Assembly (NCBI GenBank): GCA_965644265.1
Contig: OZ286469.1
Location: 87,544,001 to 87,608,000 of the forward strand
Source of the DNA: Glycera tridactyla
Lineage: Eukaryota
DNA length: 64,000 bases
Reading direction: 5' to 3'
The translations under genes were made by a program, and so were the position numbers. The notes under the pieces were generated by a model. That model did no database searches and was not told where the DNA came from. It was given only the letters and a program-made list of their open reading frames with translations. Shown in pieces: positions 53,711 through 64,000 of this stretch (positions within the stretch are counted from its first letter, which is position 1; each line of letters begins with the position of its first letter).

Positions 53711-54753
53711 TACAAGCAAAGATTCTAGTCTAATACAACGATGGTTGGATCATTCGGGTGTCAAAGACAGGCTGTTTGCACAGAACAAACAAGTGACCTC
53801 TTCAGGTAAATGCAGGACTTATTTGTATCATCAGGTGACACTGCAACCAATCTAGAGTTTCTGAAGTTGGTCTTACATGTGAAAGGTATGTATTGAAGAA
53901 GTCAGAAAAAAGAAATGAATGTGGCGTGGACGTCCATGAATCTTGATACCCACATTGACTTGCGGAGCACATGATAGGTCATCTGGGAAAGATAACTCGA
54001 TTACACACTCTGCTCAATATCTCTCAATCAGATCTAGGGCAAGAACTATTTCGCTGATCCAGATTTCAGCGTATACTTAAATATTTCGCTGATCCAGATC
54101 TATACATTTCCTTTTCTCGCCCTACGGTACTCGACCAGATAACAGTTTTGGTTCAGGAGAGCGGCCTTGTGCCTGTCTAGATGACTTGTCGACTTGGCAA
54201 TGGATTTGAGTTCCCTCCTCTTGCTAATGCCCTAACCACCCTAGACCACCCTTGGTTCCATAAAAAAGTGGCCTTGGTAGAGAGGTGGCTTTTGTAGAGG
54301 GGTCACTCACTGTGGAAACTACAGTAAAGTTCATGGTGGCTTTTGAGTAGAGGTGGTCTTAATTAAGCAGGTTTGACAGTACGTATAAATTACCTTACAG
54401 CGATATGATACAGATTGTGGAAATGCATGTCTGATACTAAGACAATAGTTATAAATAGTGGCAGGCGTTTTATTTCTATTGTCAAATTTATATCACGACT
54501 AATAATTTCTTGTATGATTTTTTAGGAGATGTTGATTCATTTTTAGCTCAAAGTTGAGAATTCCGACCAGGACGGAGCCAGGCAAAGAGAATGTTGGGAA
54601 GGCTATAGAGTTTGATGGAAAAACCAATGAAAAACAGCAATGTGATTGGCTAACAACCCAAAACAATAAAAACAAGGCTGTCTCATGGGCGAGACATAAT
54701 AATGGCAACGCCAGTTGTATCTGGAGCATAAGCTACATATAGACGCGTATTAG

Positions 54754-56345
54754 CACCAACCACACATCACCACCACACCACACCCACCCACACCACATCA
54801 CCACCACACCCCTACCACATCACCACCACACCCACACTACTACCACACCTACACCACCACACCACTACCACATCACCACCACCCCACACCACCACCACAC
54901 CCACTACACACCACCACCACTACCACACCACATCACCACTACACCACCACCACTACCACACCACCACCACACCCACACCACTACCACACATACACCACCA
55001 CACCACACCACCACCACTACCACATTACCACCACACCACACCACACCTACACCACCACCACCACACCCACACCACCACCACACCCACACCACTACCACAC
55101 CTACACCACCACCACTACCACATTACCACCACACCACACCACACCTACACCACCACCACACCCACACCACCACCACACCTACACCACCACACCACCACCA
55201 CTACCACATCACCACCACACCACACCACCACCACTACCACATCACCACCACACCACACTCACACCTTCACCACCACCACACCCACACCACTACCACACCT
55301 ACATCACCATACCACACCCACACCACACCTCTACCACATCACCCACTACCACACCCACACCACCACCACCACCACACCACACCTACACCACCCCAACACC
55401 ACCACTACCACATCACCGCCCACACCACTACCACACCACCACTACCACACCCACACTACCACATCACCACCACACCCACACCACCACCACACCCACACCA
55501 CCACTACCACACCACACCTACACCACCCCAACACCACCACTACCACACCACATCACCACCACACCACACCCACACCACACCTACACCACCACCACTACCA
55601 CACCATCACACCCACACAACTACACCACCACACCACTATCACACCTACATCACCACACCACACCACACACACCACCACCACACCCACACCACCACACCAC
55701 TACCACATCACCACCACACCACACCCACACCACCACTACCACACCACATCACACCTACACCACCCCAACACCACACCTACACCACACCTTCGCCACCACC
55801 ACTACCACACCACTGTAACCCACACCACTACACCACCACACCCACACCACTACCACACCTACATCACCACACCACACCCACACCACACCTCTACCACATC
55901 ACCCACACCACCACCACAACCACACCACTACCACACCACAACCACTACCACACCACATCACCACCACACCACACCTACACCACCACCACACTCACACCAC
56001 CACACTCACACCACCACCACTACCACACCACACCTACACCACCCCAACACTACCACACCACATCACCACCACACCACACCTACACCACCACCACACCTTC
56101 ACCACCACCACACCCACACCACACCTCAACCACATTACCCACACCACCACCACACCCACACCACACCCACACCACACTCACACCACTACCACACCACACC
56201 TACACCACCACACCACTACCACATCACCACACCACTACCACACAACCACTACCACACCACATCACCACCACACCACACCTACACCACCACACCCACACCA
56301 CTACACCACTACCATGGACCACTGTCACCATCACCACCACCACTA
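54754..56345. repeat. 1.6-kb cryptic C/A-rich simple repeat (mixed CAC, CCACA, CTA and CAT units)
   Basis: Nearly G-free, low-complexity + strand. Confidence 0.95.
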
Positions 56346-56515
56346 TGGCTCACCACCACCTGTCGCCGCCGCCAATGTCAACAACAGGCGTACGAAAATC
56401 CTGGCCCAGCACACGATATTTGAGTGGGGGGGGGGGGGGGGAGAGGGGCAGCCCTCCTTCTGGAACCTCGAGCTGACGTCCGTCCGCCCCCGGTGCGAGT
56501 CACCCGTGGCATCGC

Positions 56516-57823
56516 ATCAAGTCCTTGTGGCCAAACACTACCGGAACCGATGTGTACGGTAAAAGTTCGCAAATCGCCGTCATTTAGCGCTTTTCTTCAC
56601 AGTTTGGTCGCAATTTTCGAGATATTATGTATTCTCGCATCATATTAATGGTTGATCAGGTGATATATTGTTCAATAAACGTCGAATGAAGACGTGAGAC
56701 GTATTTTATTAGCGCTGTTTTCACTCGATTGATTCGGCGATTTCCGTAAGCGTTCGGCAATTCTCGGCTCGGAGATAATTAGATTCAAGATGGCGGCGGC
56801 CGGATTCTTGTACCTGGACCGGAAGCTAAATGATTTCCAGCCTCGTTCTCGCATTCGACCGCCATCTTTCTCGGGTTGCCGACAATTTGGCGTTATGAAA
56901 ATATACATTCGATCGGATTTGTGAGAAGGTGAAACTTCTCCCAACAGCGCTTTTACATGGATTATATAGGAAAATCATAGCAGAATACGTTCGTTCCATC
57001 GGTTTTCGTCCGACTCGCGAAAAAATTCGAGAATATTGGGCCATAACGTGGTGTGGAACCCTACGTCGAGAGATCAAGCTGTCGGAACGCCAACTTCAAA
57101 GATGTGCTGTATTATCGATGACAACTTCGACGTTTTACTATGGCGATTAATGAAAACATTTTTCTCAGGAATTTGGTCCTTATGTAGAGCTTATTTTTTT
57201 TATTCCGCCCATTTTCGTGCAAATTCGGTGATTCTAGCACCAGTAGTTACTTCTGTGGAGAATACATGGGACCCTATGTAAAAAATGGTTTTTCCCCAAA
57301 AAATCGAGAACGAGGCTGAAATTAAAAAAACGTAGAAATGTAGTATCGGGAGAATTGCAATACGCACGTGTTGATATGTGACACATGGTCAAGCATTCTA
57401 TTTCAAACGAGAAATTTCCGTACGAAAATTTGACCAAAAAAATTTGTTTTCATTCTCACGACCTTGAAAATGCTCTGAGGTCAACCTTATTGGGTAAACT
57501 TGTAGACACTACAGGGAAGAAGTTGTGTGCCAAATATCATTCAGAACGGATGACATACCCACGAGATATGGACGCGCGAAGTTTGCATGTGATGCTATGG
57601 GCGGCGATTTTCGAGGGCCCAAACGACCTTGAACTTTGACCCGGATCAAGACGAAACTTAGATGGACGCGTGCGTCTGACCTCAGAGATTCTTAGCTATA
57701 GGAGGTCAAAGTTTGTGCGATCGACGGTTTTCGCGCTATGAAGTGAAATTCGCTAAAAACCACGTCATTTTGAAAAAACCAAGTGAGATAAATCCAAATA
57801 TAATGGCGTTGCCATTATAATAA
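56516..57823. mobile_element. Probable second Helentron-associated non-autonomous element, CpG-rich, without a tandem array
   Basis: Terminal palindrome ATAATGGCGTTGCCATTAT followed by AATAA; GACCTTGAA/CTTTGACC motifs near 57463 and 57627; sharp CpG-rich boundaries. The left end (atcaagtccttgtggccaaacac) is approximate. Confidence 0.58.
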
Positions 57824-59042
57824 GATAGGAGGCACTATTCACCACGATTTTATGGACCAAGAAACCCCAACAACTGCAAAATAATGGCTGCTATAAGTCC
57901 ATACAAACTTGGAGATCTATCTCCACAAAAATCACATGATCTATAATCCAAAATAATTAACATAAAATGCTCTTTTCAAAAACACAGTACTTCGTGGGAC
58001 AGTCACATCCCTGGAAAATTTACCGTTTATTAGCATTCTCAGAAGTAGCAGCATTTGTTAGTCGGTCGGGGAAATCTGTCTAGTGAGCAGTAAATTCCAA
58101 CATTTTTTTTAAACAAAGGCTGCTGGGAGTCGGTCCAAGTTGCTTATTTGAAGAGCTGCCACAGCCAAAATAGCAACTGGGAAACATTTTTTACCCATCA
58201 TTGCAAATAGCAAAACTGTACACAATATTAGCAGTAGGTGGTTCTGTCAGATGCAAGCTGGGGTAGTACAGGAAGTAGGTCACTATGACCACAGCCAAGT
58301 GTTCCGGTGCCCTGGCACGCATTCTACCTGAGCTCAAGAACAAACAATCACCCTGGCAGTAAGATCTCATAAATACACAACACATATTGTAAATAGAGAA
58401 TATGCTAAACATCTCAAGTCAAGGACAGTACTGCTTGTAGGATCTCCCACAAGCAAACCTGACCTCCACTATCTAAACAAAGTGTACTTGGCTAATGGTG
58501 AACTCTCAGGATTTTAATCCAATGAATTGGGTTTTGATTCTACTATTTCATATAACCTCATTGGAAATGACCTTGAATCATCACATTTCTAACAAGAAGG
58601 AATTCTTTAGCAATTGCTTTTAAAAAAAAGTTATAACCCAGTCATAATTTCCCAATACTGTGACTATGAATGGGTCCCAATCACTCCAAATGTAGCCCCG
58701 CGAGAGAAGTTCGAATCAGTTTGCCATGAATGAGTCATTCAGCATCCACACCACGTTTTGAATACTTCCAGAGACCAATTACTCACAGGTTCTCCCGGGA
58801 AACAGTCTGGGCAAAAGTGGGTGCAATGTAATAATCAGCGATACAGGTAGAGTAGAACCTGCTTGTGAGACCAACCCTTTATAATGGCTAGCTGTCTATA
58901 AAGACCACCCTGCTGAATGACCACCATGATAGTTTCTACAGTGAACACCCTCTCTAATAACCACCTGTCTGCAAAGACTGGTCTTTGTAGACATGTTAGA
59001 ATGTATGAGCAACCAAACCCAACTGTACAATGTCACCATACA

Positions 59043-59185
59043 CAGTCAAACCTCCCTATAAAGACCGCCTTCGGTCACATAAAAAGTGGCCTTTATAGGG
59101 AGGTGGTCTTTATAGAGAGGTCATTTACTATTGAAAATACTATCACGGTCGCAGTTCAGGGTGGTCTTCATAGGAGGTCCGACTG
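59043..59185. mobile_element. Tc1/mariner-like MITE, family B
   Basis: CAGTCAAACC ... GGTCCGACTG|TA with the family-B core. Confidence 0.78.
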
Positions 59186-59509
59186 TATTGAGAACCATTA
59201 AGTACAGTGGTAGCACATGAGCAAGTGTACTCCGAGAAAACTCTCAACACACGGGTACGCACATGTTACAAGATGTCTCCAGGTGTGGTACTAATAGTTG
59301 CAGGGTTCTATATCTGAAGCATTCTCCCTTCCCCTTCCACCACCTGGAGTGCTTCCAAAATTATCACTCAACACAACACATAACATGCCACCTTTAACCA
59401 GGTCAGTGTATATTATACACTGGGGAGCACTGTCACTATTGGAGTTGTGCTCCGAATAGTAAATAGTGACTCCGTGCTGGTGGTTTGGGAAAACAACATC
59501 AACTAAATA

Positions 59510-59687
59510 CAGCTGAACCTCTCTATAAAGAACGCCTTCGGTAGCACCAAAAAGTGGCTTATATAGGGAGGTGGTGTTTATAGAGAGGTCATTTACTGTT
59601 GAAAATACTTCCACGGTCGCAGCTCAGGGTGGTCTTTATAGGGAGGTGGTCTTTATAGAGAGGTGGTCTTTAGAGGAGGTTCAACTG
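59510..59687. mobile_element. Tc1/mariner-like MITE, family B
   Basis: TA|CAGCTGAACC ... GGTTCAACTG|TA, with extra ggtggtctttatag repeats. Confidence 0.78.
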
Positions 59688-61452
59688 TACAATGGTTCTG
59701 ATTGTTGATGTCTCAATACCATGGGGAAATGGTTTTATGCAACAAGAAGTTTCCATATTTTTCAAAGCATGAAGGAATAGTACTCCTTGTTAAAAGTAAC
59801 CAAGCAACAGAACGTGATCAAAGCCTAACAGGATAGAACCACAGAGATCCATAATCGGAGGGGGGGTGAACTCAAAACATGCATGTGTGCGATCGTATTT
59901 CATGTAATCCACAGCAATTTGAGGACACTTTTGAGAGTGCCATGACAAGAATGAGTTTCATTGCAAACACAGACATCACCTGGAGTTAAGTGTATGCACA
60001 ATATTAGATATACTCTACAGGCACTTCAAAAGATAAACCTTCAATCTCTTGTTTTTTTGCCAATTCAAACAGTCCATCATAGCAGGAAGGGCAGACATAT
60101 CAACTGTGAGCATATCAGTGATCTCTCCTTCAGGCAGGTGGCACACACAAACAAGCATGCACGCACGCACACACAAAAGCAAATATACATCCAGACGGAT
60201 GCCATATATTTAAAGATCAAGACCAAGAATTGGGCAGAAAATTGATTCTATTGTCGTTAGACAGCAGCGGGAGACAAAAATCAATACTTCCAATTAGCCA
60301 GTCACATTTCTACTTGTGTGGTATCCAATCTCAACTTCCAAATATGCACAGAGTATTGATGGCTCGGAAGGGGGTTGGGGGTGGGGGGCATTCATATGGG
60401 CAATCTCGTTCCTTCCCATCAGCAACATACAATCTACTCATGTCTGGGAGATTTCATACTCAGAAGTGACAACCAAGAAACAAAAAGGTATATTCGCAGC
60501 ATTTCTCTGTGCTGCAGGTTGATTCTATTTCTGTTGATAGAGTGTTAATAGGCAGGAAACGGTCATAAGCTGCTGCATCAGACAGGTAAGAGGGATTATG
60601 AATTTGAGGCAAAGATGCCTCAGGTATCAGGGCTCTACATTAACCTTTTCCTTCAGCTGTCTTTTGGGCAGGTGCAGTGGGACTTTTACCTCCCCTCCCT
60701 GCCATTTTCTTGGGCCAATGGGTCCAATACAAGGCTCAATATCGGCCGAAATCGCAATGCGCCACAGTGGCTCCTGTTGATCACATTCTTGTGTCCAAAT
60801 CTGGGATATTGGAAGTCAGTGAATTCAGTACAATCAAACCTGTCTACAGCGACAGACCTCTGGTAGCCAGAGGATAAATGTGGTAGCAACTAGTTCCTAC
60901 TGAGGAAGCCTGCAATAGTTCATGCAAAATTTTCCATTGAAACTCACTACTCACAATGTAATGCTATCCACACATCGCATGGTCCAATGACCCCACTAAG
61001 CTAACTAGGAACCATTTCAATGATAAGACTAGTATACTCGAAGTGACATGATTGTTTGAATCACCATGGCTTCTCAAAAACACTAGTTGCCTGTTCCATC
61101 ACTGCCTATACCATTTGCGTCTATCTACATACTAGGTGAAATGGGCCGAGGCCATCAAAGAGAGCCAACATTAATCTTTGAGTGCACCTGTGACTTAGTG
61201 AATCAGTACAGGATCTACCCCATGCCTTGACAATGCATCACATAACAACCATACCTGAGCGTACCTGCTCTCACACACGGACTGACTGTCTAATGTGCAA
61301 CCAACCCTGACATAAATTCAAACACCCCATCATTCTGTATCACCATCGGAATATAGATCCAACCAACATTCAGGACCAGGGCTCCACAACATTTGAGACT
61401 AGAGCTCTACTTTGGCCAAAATCACACTTCACCTGCCCAAAGCACAACTGAA

Positions 61453-62687
61453 TAACTAGGATCAAATGCATCATAAAGGAGGTGGCCTACCATTAGGTCA
61501 TTACTTTGTGTAAGTTTGATGCATATCCATCTCGCTTGAGTTAGAGTGTGAAATGGGAAAATCTGTAAATAGTTCCTGTGACCTTGAACTTTGACATGGG
61601 GTCACATGCATCGAAATGGAGGTGGCCTACCATCAAGTCATTACATTGTGTAAGTTTGGTGAATATCCATCAGAGCTGGCTTGAATTAGAGTGTAAAATG
61701 GGGAAATCTATGAATAGCTCCTGTGACCTTGACCTTTGACCTGGGGTCACATGCATCGAAAGAGAGGTGACCTACCATCAAGTCATTACTTTGTGTAAGT
61801 TTGGTGCATATCCATCAGAGCTGGCTTGAGTTAGAGTGTAAAATGAGGAAATCTATAAATAGCTCCTGTGACCTTGACCTTTGACCTGGGGTCACATGCA
61901 TCGAAAGGGAGGTGGCCCACCATCAGGTCATTACATTGTGTAAGTTTGGTGCATATCCATCGAAGCTGGCTTGAGTTAGAGTGTAAAATGGGGAAATCTA
62001 TAAATAGCTCCTGTGACCTTGACCTTTGACCTGGGGTCACATGCATTGACAGAGAGGTGGCCTACCATTAGGTCATTACTTTGTGTGAGTTTGGTGCATA
62101 TCCATCAGAGCTGGCTTGAGTTAGAGTGTGAAAAAAGAAAATTTATAAATAGCTCCTGTGACCTTGACCTTTGACCTGGGGTCACATGCATCAAAAGGGA
62201 GGTGGCCTACCATTAGGTCATCACTTTGTGTAAGTTTGGTGCATATCCATCAAAGCTCGCTTGAGTTAGAGTGTAAAATGGGGAAATCTATAAATAGCTC
62301 CTGTGACCTTGACCTTCGACCTGGGGTCACATGCATCGAAAGGGAGGTGGCCCAACATTGGGTCGTCACTTTATGTAAGTTTGGTGCATATCCATTGAGG
62401 TTAACTTGAGTTAGAGTGTAAAATAAGAAAATCTATAAATAGCTCCTGTGACCTTGACCTTTGACTTTTGGGTACGAAAATTGAATTCTCGAATACGATT
62501 TTTTCATAGATCACAGTTATGAAGTTTTATGAAAATTGGACCAGCCAATTCAAAGTTATTGCATGAAATGTGAGCGGACGGACGGACGTACGTACGTACG
62601 TACGTACGTACGTACGTATGTACGTACGTACGTACGTACGCCGGAGGTGAAACTATTATACCCCGCTTTTTCAAAAGCGGGGTATAA
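61453..62687. mobile_element. Second copy of the 145-bp-array HINE element (7 units), nested in a CAGGGCTC MITE
   Basis: Same array, spacer and (ACGT)n, plus a perfect 15-bp stem TTATACCCCGCTTTT-TC-AAAAGCGGGGTATAA (62656-62687). The flanks rejoin as cacctgcccaaagcacaactgaa|aaaggttatgtagagccctg, which matches the MITE at 11900-11958. Confidence 0.85.
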
Positions 62688-63452
62688 AAAGGTTATGTAG
62701 AGCCCTGCATTATAAAACTGCTCTGTGGTCTTCCCAATGTTGCTCATAAAAACTCCTGGTATATCCACACAAAGTTTCAGTGCGGACTCCACTACTCCAG
62801 AGGTCTGAGTGTAAAAATTCCCAAGTCATAATGGACCTGGCCGCAACCTGTATATTGGACCATCCTGCTGATTAGCTTAGCCAATGATACAAACACAATA
62901 ACATCTGCTCCTTCACTTCCATACTCATCAAGGGATCATGCAAACAAACAAGCAAGCAAACAAAGTTAGTGATCACTCCAGTCAATCCCATTCATTCTTT
63001 AATGGTCATATGGAAAGGATCAATCGTTCAAACTCACATGCAAACCACATGAAATACTTATTCGATGTTCGATTCATGATAAGGAACTTTGATGAGATTT
63101 TCTGAGAAATCTGCAATGAGAAAAGCCCAAGGAGAGACCTAACTCCCACAGGAGACCATTAAAATTTCCATTAAATTCAAAGCCCCTCTATCTTCAGTAC
63201 AAATATAAGAGGTGGTAGCAACAACAGTTTCCATGACTAGGGAGAATGAACATGTTTCCAGGTGCTCTAAGCCATGTCACCATGATTTTCCAGGAAGACC
63301 AGATTTCATTAAGGGAGTGGGTGCATGAAAAACGGTGCAAGTGCTCTTAGCTAACACCGTTATATCAAGAGTACCTTTTGGGCACATCATATACAGCTAT
63401 ATGTGCCCACTTCCAACCTCCAAGGGTGATACAATTGAATCTGCAATCACTA

Positions 63453-63646
63453 CAGTGAAACCTGCAACGAGAGACCCCCTGCCGAGAGACCACCTCCGAC
63501 AGGAGACCACCTCCGACGGGAGACCGCTTTTCCAGGGCAGCTTTTCTATTTGACACAGTCAAATATACCTCTGACAAGAGACCACCTCTTTTGAGAGACC
63601 ACTTTTTGGTGACATTTAGGGTGGTCTCTCGTCGCAGGTTTCGCTG
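63453..63646. mobile_element. Tc1/mariner-like MITE, family A
   Basis: TA|CAGTGAAACCTGCAACGAGAGACC ... GGTCTCTCGTCGCAGGTTTCGCTG. Confidence 0.82.
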
Positions 63647-64000
63647 AAGTGACAGTGATCCATACTGTGGCAGGTATGACATATGGATGTGTATGGAAAA
63701 TCATTCATACTGGAAGGCCACAATTATTGGCAACTACTATAAAGGAAAAGCAGGACTCTGTTTTCAAATCAGGTCAATTGTCAAATCCGACCAATGAGAG
63801 CTGTACATTCCAAATATTTGGCCTACTTCTGTGCCAATGATTGGCTTACCAGAATCACTCACTCACTCAGCTCAGCTCACACATAATCTACTTTACTGGA
63901 GATTAGTTATAGATAGGGAAAAAACCAATAAACAAGTGTGAATAGGCGGCATGCAAGACAGGCTGGAACTTTCCATGTGAAATCCCGATCACACACGACA

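Overview
AT-rich, repeat-dense animal (invertebrate-type) genomic DNA with four assembly gaps. One protein-coding gene is supported: a TACC-family (transforming acidic coiled-coil, TACC3/maskin-like) gene on the minus strand. Eight GT-AG exons between 47723 and 1392 splice in matching phases into an open frame of 2124 nt (708 codons). That frame contains the TACC motifs VAFHTP, GSYNYNFDDFDENTNPF, DMLDKFG and RESLYVKFDPLV. The start exon was not found, and the C-terminal coiled coil lies beyond the window start. The rest is intron or upstream DNA, including one 28-kb intron, filled with non-autonomous DNA transposons and simple repeats. These include many TA-flanked Tc1/mariner-like MITEs, two hAT-like elements (8-bp and 6-bp TSDs), a PIF/Harbinger-like MITE, and three Helentron/DINE-1-like elements, two of which carry ~145-bp tandem arrays. 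The most notable observations are: a (A-B-A-B'-C)x2 higher-order repeat inside a transposon array; a hAT element carrying duplicated LINE-derived cargo; a TIR element with promoter-like cargo; and a candidate internal first exon that would give a short TACC isoform starting just before the Aurora-A/clathrin module. No autonomous transposase, tRNA, rRNA or CRISPR array is supported. All family assignments come from motif recall and manual reading, not database searches.
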